Shown piece by piece: positions 8,946 through 17,110 of a stretch of DNA of 64,000 bases (positions are counted from its first letter, which is position 1; every line of letters starts with the position of its first letter). Made by a program: the position numbers and the translations under genes. The notes beneath the pieces were generated by a model. The model saw nothing but the letters and a program-made list of their open reading frames with translations. It was not told the DNA's origin and made no database searches. Source of the DNA: Escherichia coli (GTDB lineage Bacteria > Pseudomonadota > Gammaproteobacteria > Enterobacterales > Enterobacteriaceae); NCBI RefSeq assembly GCF_036507355.1, contig NZ_AP027877.1; one strand, written 5' to 3'.

Positions 8946-9157
8946 CACACTCCGAACCACTCACCACGTGTCTCTCAAAGTTCCACCTCTCGCGCTTCAC
9001 CATACAGTAGCTCCGCACAGCTACGACACAATCATTCATTCAATCTCAAAGTCATTCTGTTTGCATCCTGTTGTCCTGCTGGTCTCCCTTCGCTTGGGGA
9101 CTTTGAGTGGGCCAGTAGGGGGCGGTTTAGTGTGCATATTTAAAAGGTAACCAAGCA

Positions 9158-9721
9158 ATGAACAATAAACATAAACATGCAGGTCATATTATCACTATTG
9201 AAGGCCACAGCTTTAAGTCTAATGAGTCTGGCATGTGGAATCTTACAGAAATATGGAAAATCCTCGGATTACCTAACAATAAGCTACCCTCTCAGTGGCG
9301 CGGCAAGGTAACAAAGAGGCTCACCGACATGCAAAAAATGCACGTCGAGAAGATTGGTATTGAAAGCATAACCTACGCAGACAAACAGGCTACCCTCAAG
9401 TATGCAGGATGGGTCTCTGAAGATTTCGAGGACATGGTCTATGCAGCCTTTGAGGCTATCCTTGAGATGCCTGAAGTTGCCACGGTCGTTGCTAATAAGA
9501 TGGTCGAACTTGGCTATCACGCTGAAGCTGAGCTATTGGAACGTCATAAGGACGACTATAGAGAAGCTATGCAGACCCTTAAAAAGATTGGTAAACGTGT
9601 TGACGGCAGGAAGCCTGAGCGCATCTACAAGGCCGTACTTAACGGTAATCTGACGAAATTTCAAGGGTTATCCATGATTTCTCGCAGCAGTGTCTGGTAC
9701 GCCCGAACAGTGAATCTATGA
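9158..9721 (+). CDS. hypothetical protein, possible KilA-N-like N-terminal domain
   Basis: 187-aa ORF with AAGGTAA upstream; N-terminal IITIEGHSFKSNESGMWNLTEIWKILG...AGWVSEDFEDMVYAAF is reminiscent of KilA-N/APSES-type domains (tentative, from recall). Confidence 0.5.
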   Translation: MNNKHKHAGHIITIEGHSFKSNESGMWNLTEIWKILGLPNNKLPSQWRGKVTKRLTDMQKMHVEKIGIESITYADKQATLKYAGWVSEDFEDMVYAAFEAILEMPEVATVVANKMVELGYHAEAELLERHKDDYREAMQTLKKIGKRVDGRKPERIYKAVLNGNLTKFQGLSMISRSSVWYARTVNL

Positions 9722-9844
9722 TGGCTATCGATCACGATAGATGCCAGCGATCAATTTCAGGTTACCGATCGAAACAAACGATCAGCACGATGGTTGCAAT
9801 CGGATATCATATTGACACTTGTCTGACATCCTGAAGGTATCAAT

Positions 9845-10318
9845 ATGTTTGGGCTTTTTAAGAAAAAGGCAAAAGCGGAAAGGTGTTATGATGTAACACG
9901 CATTCAATACGAGCTGGTTGTAATGTCATCTAAGCTGATAAAAAAACAGACCGATATGTTCAAAGTAATAAAAGGGGAGCGAGAGGAGGCTTTAGGAGAC
10001 CCTTTATTATCAGCAGGGTATATAACGCCATGGGTCATTGGATATTGCACTGGTCTCCTGGATGCAGTGACTCAGACGGAGGCTAACAGGATGGCATTTA
10101 CATCAGAAATGCTTGGGCTTCTTTTTGCTGCAGTTTTCGGTGATGATAAGTCTCTTGAGGCCATGGGAACTTATATAGCCTGTAACGAAGCCTCCTCACC
10201 AGACCATGGATTTCATGTTACGTATGAGCTTTATATGTCTGGTCTAGCGAAAGCGTTTAATGAGGTATGTGAGGATAAACCTGCGATAGGACTTCTGAAC
10301 TATTTAATGCAGGATTGA
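9845..10318 (+). CDS. hypothetical protein (157 aa)
   Basis: ORF with no recognisable motifs; TTGACA at about 9810 upstream; last ORF before attR. Confidence 0.45.
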   Translation: MFGLFKKKAKAERCYDVTRIQYELVVMSSKLIKKQTDMFKVIKGEREEALGDPLLSAGYITPWVIGYCTGLLDAVTQTEANRMAFTSEMLGLLFAAVFGDDKSLEAMGTYIACNEASSPDHGFHVTYELYMSGLAKAFNEVCEDKPAIGLLNYLMQD

Positions 10319-10584
10319 AAATTTCCCACAAAAATCTCAGTGCCTATCTAACAGTAATAACCCTGCAACATTCCCCCGTATACCTCCAGAAGTTATCCAG
10401 AAGCCGAAGTAGGTATCCTGTCATGTATTTGAATCATCAAAGTTGTTCGTTCTATTCCTCTTTAGGGAATATTACAGCCCTACAGCCTTGACCAGAGATC
10501 ACTTGATGTGTAACCATAACTGTAACCAAAAGGATTCATCATCCTTTAAGAAACAATTGGTTAGTGAGTGATTGTCTTCGATAC

Positions 10585-10607
10585 TTCGATTCCCTTCGCC
10601 CGCTCCA
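10585..10607 (+). repeat. attR of the 4.2-kb element (also proximal att of the next islet)
   Basis: 23-bp copy of the glyU 3' end; flanking sequence diverges from the tRNA. Confidence 0.85.
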
Positions 10608-10771
10608 AACTCAAGTCTCCTGAAGTCTACCAAACTCAATTTTTCCTTGATAAATCAGCAGTTATAGCTTTCTATTAGTCTATTGAACTCAATTGTACTC
10701 CCCCAGGGTCAAGCTCAATGTGGGGGTATGGATGGGGGTATAATTGTACCCCCTGCTGAGAGGTACCCCCA

Positions 10772-11998
10772 ATGAAGCTGACTGCTCGTCAGGTTGAAAC
10801 TGCGAAACCCAAAGAGAAGCCCTACAAACTGGCCGATGGTGGTGGGCTTTACCTGCTGGTTAATCCCAACGGTAAAAGATACTGGCGTCTCAAATACCGT
10901 TCGTTAGGTAAAGAGAAGCTGCTCGCTATTGGCGTTTATCCCGATGTTTCTTTAGCTGAGGCCCGAAGTAAGCGTGAGGATGCTAAAAGAACATTAGCGG
11001 CTGGCAACGATCCCTCTCTTGAACGAAAAATTGAGAAACTTAGTCGTCAACAAGACGCTGAAAACTCGTTTGAGGCTATCACACGGGAGTGGTATCAGCG
11101 TCGCTATGACCGCTGGTCTGTCTCCTACCGCGAAGAAATGCTGAGAACCTTTGAGAAAGATGTATTTCCTTATATCGGTCACAGGCCAATCAAAGATATC
11201 AAGCCGATGGAGTTGCTTGCAGTTCTTTCAAAGATAGAAGCACGAGGGGCAACAGAGAAAGTCCGCAAGGTTCGTCAGCGTTGTGGAGAGGTCTGGAAGT
11301 ATGCCGTTGTGACTGGGAGGGCCGAGTACAATCCAGCACCTGATCTAGCCAGCGCCGTGAGTCCTCATGAGAAAGAGCACTATGCTTTTTTAACCCAGGA
11401 TGAATTGCCTGAGTTTCTTCGGACTCTGAACGCCTATGCCGGTAGTGTGCTTGTTAAGATTGCGATGCAATTGCTCATTTTAACAGGAGTAAGGCCAGGG
11501 GAGTTGAGGCAAGCGGAGTGGCAGGAGTTTGATTTTGAGAAAAAGGTTTGGAATGTACCAGCGGAACGTATGAAAATGCGCCGCCCTCATCTTGTTCCAT
11601 TATCAAGCCAGGCAATTGACCTGCTTAATCAACTTAAACCCATAACGGGAGCAGGAGCGTTATTATTCCCAGGACGTAATAATCCTAAGAAACCGATGAG
11701 CGATATGGCATTGACTGTGTTGGTCAGGCGTATCGGCTATGCCGGGCGCGTTACAGGGCATGGATTCCGCCACACGATGAGTACCATTTTGCATGAGCAG
11801 GGATTCAACTCGGCCTGGATTGAGTTACAGCTGGCTCACGTCGATAAGAACTCAATTCGTGGGACGTATAACCATGCTCAATATTTGGAAGGTCGGCGGG
11901 AGATGATGCAGTGGTATGGAGATTTCATCGGTCAAGCAGGCAAATCCGGATCATCGCTAGCTTATGCAGCTATTAGCTTGACTGCTGAATTAGAGTGA
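10772..11998 (+). CDS. P4-type tyrosine integrase
   Basis: 408-aa ORF; N-terminus MKLTARQVETAKPKEKPYKLADGGGLYLLVNPNGKRYWRLKY typical of P4-family integrases; HGFRHT and Y-containing C-terminal box; sits 165 bp after the tRNA-derived repeat. Confidence 0.9.
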   Translation: MKLTARQVETAKPKEKPYKLADGGGLYLLVNPNGKRYWRLKYRSLGKEKLLAIGVYPDVSLAEARSKREDAKRTLAAGNDPSLERKIEKLSRQQDAENSFEAITREWYQRRYDRWSVSYREEMLRTFEKDVFPYIGHRPIKDIKPMELLAVLSKIEARGATEKVRKVRQRCGEVWKYAVVTGRAEYNPAPDLASAVSPHEKEHYAFLTQDELPEFLRTLNAYAGSVLVKIAMQLLILTGVRPGELRQAEWQEFDFEKKVWNVPAERMKMRRPHLVPLSSQAIDLLNQLKPITGAGALLFPGRNNPKKPMSDMALTVLVRRIGYAGRVTGHGFRHTMSTILHEQGFNSAWIELQLAHVDKNSIRGTYNHAQYLEGRREMMQWYGDFIGQAGKSGSSLAYAAISLTAELE

Positions 11999-12008
11999 GA
12001 AGGGGCAA

Positions 12009-12056
12009 GTTGAGCCTCTTCGCTGAGAAGAGGCTCAACGTGAACCTATTTTTTTG
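12009..12056 (+). terminator. intrinsic terminator after integrase
   Basis: GTTGAGCCTCTTC-GCTG-AGAAGAGGCTCAAC hairpin followed by a T7 run. Confidence 0.7.
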
Positions 12057-12153
12057 GGAGTTAATACTTTTTGCAATTTTTTTTTTCGTGCCGTTGGATG
12101 TAAAGATCTGTGGGGGTTAGGGAAGAAAATCATGCTATGTTAGTCTTTGAGGA

Positions 12154-13131
12154 GTGAGTCAAAATGTTATAACTTTTTCAAAGAGGCGTTACATCGTGAA
12201 AGTCGTTTTTAATGTTAATGGTAAAAAAGTTCCGCTCAAATCTCTGCAATATATAAGTAAAGCAAATCAACTCGAAGTTATGCGGAATTGGTTTTTTGAG
12301 AATTTTGAAGATCCCGCGAACTCTTGCCCGTATGAATCCCGTGAAGGCGGGTATGCTTACATTTATGGGGGCCCATACGAAGCAAGTGAAGAGTTGCAAG
12401 CGATGTTTGAAGGACACGTGAAATTTGATTATATCCAAGAATTAGTCAATGAATTACAAGAACAGTGCTATGAATGGTCTGGTAATTCAAATAATATTAA
12501 TGATTGGTACGATGAAGACTTGTATGATGCTGTTACATCTTCTGAACATCCTTTTTCTAAGTTCGTTGAAAGCATTGATGGAATAAAATTGCTGTCTAAA
12601 GGCGAATTTAAAGATAAACAAAAAGATCATCTGCTTAGCATCCTATATATTAATGTCATTACAGCCCTGGAAACACTTTATGTTGAGTTATTTATTAACT
12701 CTATAGATAAAAACGACTCATATCTTGCTGACTTTATAGAAAAAGGTAAGACGGAATTTAAGGTAAATAAAGGAATATTGGCTTTGCCATTCAAAGGAGA
12801 AACTATTGAAAACATGAGGGCGCAATTAATTAAGGTAATTAAAGAGCATTTGATTAGTGCAAGTTGGCATAGTACAAACAAAGTTGTAGGACGTTATAAA
12901 GCTACATTTGATATAAAAGTACATAAAGAGTGGCCAATAGATGTGATCGAAATAGCAACTCAAAAGCGTAATCATTTAGTCCATCGTGGCGGGAAAGATA
13001 AAGAAGGTAATTCGGTAGTGATTACTGAACAGGATTTAGAAATGTTGCTGGATCACGCACAATCTCTTGGAGAAAAATTGTTTGATAGCCTTGAGGTGGC
13101 ATTACAGAAAAAAGATGAGAATGAATTTTGA
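12154..13131 (+). CDS. hypothetical protein with C-terminal HEPN-like R-x4-H motif (putative abortive-infection protein)
   Basis: 325-aa ORF; C-terminal KRNHLVHRGG fits the HEPN R-x(4-6)-H signature; AT-rich gene inside an integrase islet. Confidence 0.5.
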   Translation: MSQNVITFSKRRYIVKVVFNVNGKKVPLKSLQYISKANQLEVMRNWFFENFEDPANSCPYESREGGYAYIYGGPYEASEELQAMFEGHVKFDYIQELVNELQEQCYEWSGNSNNINDWYDEDLYDAVTSSEHPFSKFVESIDGIKLLSKGEFKDKQKDHLLSILYINVITALETLYVELFINSIDKNDSYLADFIEKGKTEFKVNKGILALPFKGETIENMRAQLIKVIKEHLISASWHSTNKVVGRYKATFDIKVHKEWPIDVIEIATQKRNHLVHRGGKDKEGNSVVITEQDLEMLLDHAQSLGEKLFDSLEVALQKKDENEF

Positions 13132-13182
13132 GTCTCGGGGTAGGTTGATAGTGCTACCGATAACGAGCAAGCAAATGATACT

Positions 13183-13202
13183 CGGCAGGCAGTGCCTGCC
13201 GG
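13183..13202. terminator. bidirectional hairpin between convergent genes
   Basis: CCGGCAGGCA-G-TGCCTGCCGG perfect inverted repeat between the 13131 and 13207 stop codons. Confidence 0.55.
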
Positions 13203-13206
13203 AGGA

Positions 13207-14910
13207 TTACTTTTTACTTCCAAATTGAATGCCGAGAAGTTTATTCTCTGCTTTATCGCCACGTAGAGTAAGAACAATTTTTGATTTCAGTTCTAACATT
13301 TCGATTTCAGATAAAGTTGTTTCCATAGCATTAAAGTTTTCAGTGTTTAAAGATGCTATATATTGCTTTCCGCTTCGTTTTAATGACTGATTGACAAATG
13401 AGAACCATCTTGCGCGAACACCTGGATCTATATCAGCAAAAAGACGGTTATCATGCCATAGCATATCCATGGCATGGTTTTCACCACATGTAAATACTAA
13501 CCAGTCAAAGCATAATATCCTAGCATCATTGATCCCATCCGAATCATCACCCTCGATTTGGATGCTTAGATCATAACGAATTTTGTTGTCACCAGTATTA
13601 ACATCCAAAACTATTCCTGCTGGTACCCTTGGGTACATTATTTCTGCGAGCTCAGCAAAAATTTTATCGTATTCTGAAAGAGGATTTGTAGAAGCATAGT
13701 TTACCGCTAATCTGTCTTGTTCAACTTTTCGTTCTCTTAGATTTTGAGCTTTCTGTTGAAGGTTAATAGAAAAATTTAAATAATCATGTAACCTTTCTTT
13801 TTCTTCTTTAAATTCAGCTAGTTGTCTAGCTATGACTGCGTATTCATCAAATGCTTTCTTGCCTTGCAGGGATTCCAAATATGAATCACGTAATGCTGAA
13901 ATATCCTTAATGTCAATTTTAAGAGATTCAATTTCTAACAAAAGTTTTACTTTATCATTTTCAAGTCTTTTCTTTCTGTTAAAAGATAATGATTTGTGAA
14001 AATTTTCAACTGACTCAAAATGGGCCAATGTTTCTGGCTTGAAAATCTCTTGTAAGCCATTGTACAGTTCAAGAAGCTCTTCTCTTGAAATGTCAGGGTG
14101 TTCTAATAAAGTTTTTTCTATATTATTTACTTTAAATTCAGCTATATTTTTGTTTTTTTCAACTTCTCGTAATTTTATAGTTAAACTGTTTGTTTCATTC
14201 TCAATAGCTCTGTATTGCTCGTGAACTTGAAATGCATTCAGTTCATCCTGCAGTCTTGGGATCTCTCTTTCTAGCCACTCATAGCGTACTTTAGGTTGAG
14301 AGCCTGCTCTAAACATGTCTTTTAGAATATCATCGTCTTGCCAATTTTTTAGCGATTGACTTACTTTATCCAGCTCTTGCTTATTATTTCTTTTAGATAA
14401 TATTAAATTATGATCTATACCGAGAAGAAATGCGGTACGAAGCAATGCTTCAAAGTCTTGCTCCTTTTTTGTCCTAGTTGGACTGATGCAGTCATCTCTG
14501 GTATATCGCGAAAAACGCTTAAATAAAGATCTGAATGATAAATACGGAATGTTATTCTCAAGATTAAATATTCCTATTTTATCTAATAAATCTTTAAATG
14601 CTTTTAAAGATATTGTTTTGTCATTTAATAATAATTTTTTTCCATTGCCCGTTCTAGATATTAAGTACTCAACTCCATTATGAGAAAAAAGTAAAGAGAA
14701 CCACCAATCTGGAACTGCTGAAGTTAATTTTTTATCAGCATTAGCTCCTAAACAATGTTGAATGAGACCGAGAATAAGTGTCTTACCGACTCCGTTACTA
14801 CTGCCTTCTTTTTCTTTAGAGCTATCACCAATGATCAACGTTAGTCCTGTATCATTGAAATGCACTGGATGAAAAGTTGGCTGATCGCAAGTTAAGCGAA
14901 TTAACTTCAT
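13207..14910 (-). CDS. SMC/ABC-type P-loop ATPase with long coiled-coil region (putative anti-phage ATPase)
   Basis: 567-aa ORF; Walker A GSSNGVGKT near the N-terminus; long K/E-rich heptad-like middle; start codon abuts the stop of the upstream 101-aa gene. Confidence 0.65.
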   Translation of the reverse strand: MKLIRLTCDQPTFHPVHFNDTGLTLIIGDSSKEKEGSSNGVGKTLILGLIQHCLGANADKKLTSAVPDWWFSLLFSHNGVEYLISRTGNGKKLLLNDKTISLKAFKDLLDKIGIFNLENNIPYLSFRSLFKRFSRYTRDDCISPTRTKKEQDFEALLRTAFLLGIDHNLILSKRNNKQELDKVSQSLKNWQDDDILKDMFRAGSQPKVRYEWLEREIPRLQDELNAFQVHEQYRAIENETNSLTIKLREVEKNKNIAEFKVNNIEKTLLEHPDISREELLELYNGLQEIFKPETLAHFESVENFHKSLSFNRKKRLENDKVKLLLEIESLKIDIKDISALRDSYLESLQGKKAFDEYAVIARQLAEFKEEKERLHDYLNFSINLQQKAQNLRERKVEQDRLAVNYASTNPLSEYDKIFAELAEIMYPRVPAGIVLDVNTGDNKIRYDLSIQIEGDDSDGINDARILCFDWLVFTCGENHAMDMLWHDNRLFADIDPGVRARWFSFVNQSLKRSGKQYIASLNTENFNAMETTLSEIEMLELKSKIVLTLRGDKAENKLLGIQFGSKK

Positions 14911-15216
14911 TTAACTTTCCTTATTTTTTAATTTGTCATAATTGCAACAGATTGGCATTATTCTGTTTTCATTATCTAGCGTTATTTGTTTGATGCAAAA
15001 AAGAATGTCTACGGCAAGTATAAATTGTGTAAAAGAGGGCGTGATTATCGTTGATTTATTTTTCCGCTCTATTTTTGTCCATAGTTCTTCTATGGATACC
15101 GGTCCATCAATTAACGAACGGATGTATCCTGCAATCGCAATTAGGGAGTTACTAAACCTAACATGCTTATGTGGCAGAAGCATTGCTTGGATGTTCATAA
15201 GCATCACATGTCTCAA
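14911..15216 (-). CDS. small hypothetical protein coupled to the ATPase
   Basis: 101-aa ORF whose stop (14911-14913) is immediately followed by the ATPase ATG (14908-14910), suggesting translational coupling. Confidence 0.5.
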   Translation of the reverse strand: MRHVMLMNIQAMLLPHKHVRFSNSLIAIAGYIRSLIDGPVSIEELWTKIERKNKSTIITPSFTQFILAVDILFCIKQITLDNENRIMPICCNYDKLKNKES

Positions 15217-15390
15217 AATATTTAGCTAAAATTAACTCTGCAGCAAATCGATAACTCGCGACCGCACTTGTGGGAACTTGCGGGGGAAGGAGTTTATCTA
15301 TCATCCAAGTATATCTTAAATCTGCATAATTGTGGTTATCTTCAGTTATCGCCAATTTACTTTTTGCATAAGTATCTCTAACTTCTTGAG

Positions 15391-16173
15391 CTATAGTTTG
15401 TTCAAGACCACAAGACCATTATCAACAGAATCTAAAAATTCATTTATCAAATATAGTTGATAGCTAAAAGATTCCAGCCTGCTTTTTATTGGTTTTGTAA
15501 TACCATTTATTTTTATTTTATCTTCGAAGTCCGGGGCTGTTTCACTTAAAAAATTCATGGGTGAAGAAGATTTTTGTGCTAAAAAAGTCAATACTTCACC
15601 AACAGCTCGAGTATCTGTAAAGTCTAAATTAACCTCAGGAATGAAACCTACAATATCTTGCTTTTCACCCTCGGATAATGACATAAACTTTTGAAGGAGC
15701 TCCATCCCACCCATTGCACCTGCGTGATTAAGACTTTTACTGATTGCAAGTGTATTTAATGAAAGTCCAACAGGTGCTGGAATACCCTTGAAATAATCAT
15801 TCATTACAAAAGTATATTTTGATACTTTCCCCCATTTGGCGACTAATTTATCAAAGTCGCCAATCGATTTATTAACAGCTTCTAGCTCTTTGGTTTGATT
15901 TGAAGGTTTAGGTCCATAAACTTGGAAGTAATGAGCCTCATGAGCAATCCACCCATCATTCCCGCCATCTCCCCAGTTTCCCCAAGGGGAAACAGCTTGA
16001 AAGCCAGGAGTCGCGTATTGCATAACCTTCGAAAAAAGCGCCTGAAAACTGTCTCCCATACATTCATGTACTTTTAACCGAAAGAACTGTCTGTAGAGGT
16101 AATCTTGCTGTGTCGAACTCATTTTCCTCTCATCCATGATGAACACTTTTGATGATAATATCCTCTCATTCAT
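15391..16173 (-). CDS. hypothetical protein (260 aa), first gene of the ATPase operon, candidate effector
   Basis: ORF with WGNWGDGGNDGWIAHEAHYF segment; no confident family assignment. Confidence 0.5.
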   Translation of the reverse strand: MNERILSSKVFIMDERKMSSTQQDYLYRQFFRLKVHECMGDSFQALFSKVMQYATPGFQAVSPWGNWGDGGNDGWIAHEAHYFQVYGPKPSNQTKELEAVNKSIGDFDKLVAKWGKVSKYTFVMNDYFKGIPAPVGLSLNTLAISKSLNHAGAMGGMELLQKFMSLSEGEKQDIVGFIPEVNLDFTDTRAVGEVLTFLAQKSSSPMNFLSETAPDFEDKIKINGITKPIKSRLESFSYQLYLINEFLDSVDNGLVVLNKL

Positions 16174-16332
16174 TGTTGTAAACCTATGATTAGCAAAATT
16201 GGAGATGCTTTCACTTTAGAGTTGGTATCTAAAGGTTATAAATTATCAAAACAGGTTGTATAGATATCAAATTGAATACGATTTGACATATATGTTAATC
16301 TGATTAGTATCAGAGAAAAACAGGAGTCCTTA

Positions 16333-16683
16333 ATGTCGCTTATCCCCCTACAACTCTTCAAAAACCTCTCCGATGAAACCCGTTTGGGCATCGTGTTGCT
16401 GCTTAGAGAGATGGGAGAGCTGTGCGTGTGCGACCTTTGCACTGCGCTAGAACAGTCGCAGCCCAAGATCTCCCGTCATCTGGCAATGCTCCGGGAAAGT
16501 GGTCTATTGCTGGATCGTAAACAGGGCAAGTGGGTTCACTACCGCTTATCCCCGCATATTCCTTCCTGGGCCGCTCAGGTGATTGAGCAGGCCTGGTTAA
16601 GCCAACAGGACGATGTGCAGGCCATCGCCCGTAAGCTGGCATCAGCAAACTGCTCTGGTAGCGGTAAGGCTGTTTGTATCTAA
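16333..16683 (+). CDS. arsR: arsenical resistance operon repressor ArsR
   Basis: 116-aa ArsR/SmtB-family protein with metal-binding ELCVCDLC and HTH. Confidence 0.9.
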   Translation: MSLIPLQLFKNLSDETRLGIVLLLREMGELCVCDLCTALEQSQPKISRHLAMLRESGLLLDRKQGKWVHYRLSPHIPSWAAQVIEQAWLSQQDDVQAIARKLASANCSGSGKAVCI

Positions 16684-16730
16684 AAAATTTGCCTGAACAT
16701 ATATGATTTTTCGAATGCGAGGTGTTCAGA

Positions 16731-17093
16731 ATGAAAAAGTTAACGGTGTTTGACCCGGCAATGTGCTGCAGTACCGGCGTATGTGGCTCAGATGTCGATC
16801 AGGTTCTGGTTGATTTTTCTGCTGATGTGCAGTGGCTGAAAGGACGTGGCGTACAGGTTGAACGTTACAACCTGGCGCAGCAGCCCATGAGCTTTGTTCA
16901 AAATGAGAAAGCGAAAGCATTCCTCGAAGCATCTGGAGCAGAAGGGCTTCCGTTACTGCTGTTGGACGGTGAAACGGTGATGGCAGGGCGATACCCAAAA
17001 CGCGCTGAGCTGGCTCGCTGGTTCGGTATACCGCTGGAGAAGGTAGGTTTAGCTCCCACCAGCTGCTGTGGTGGTAATACTTCCTGTTGCTGA
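16731..17093 (+). CDS. arsD: arsenical metallochaperone ArsD
   Basis: ATG at 16731 with GAGGTG SD; MKKLTVFDPAMCCSTGVCG with conserved Cys12/13/18. Confidence 0.9.
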   Translation: MKKLTVFDPAMCCSTGVCGSDVDQVLVDFSADVQWLKGRGVQVERYNLAQQPMSFVQNEKAKAFLEASGAEGLPLLLLDGETVMAGRYPKRAELARWFGIPLEKVGLAPTSCCGGNTSCC

Positions 17094-17110
17094 GTATGTC
17101 AGGAGGACAT

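Noticed and set aside
8968-9150. 60-aa ORF between the second T7-like promoter and the 187-aa gene
   Set aside because: No RBS, proline/leucine-rich low-complexity sequence, sits in the leader region; treated as non-coding
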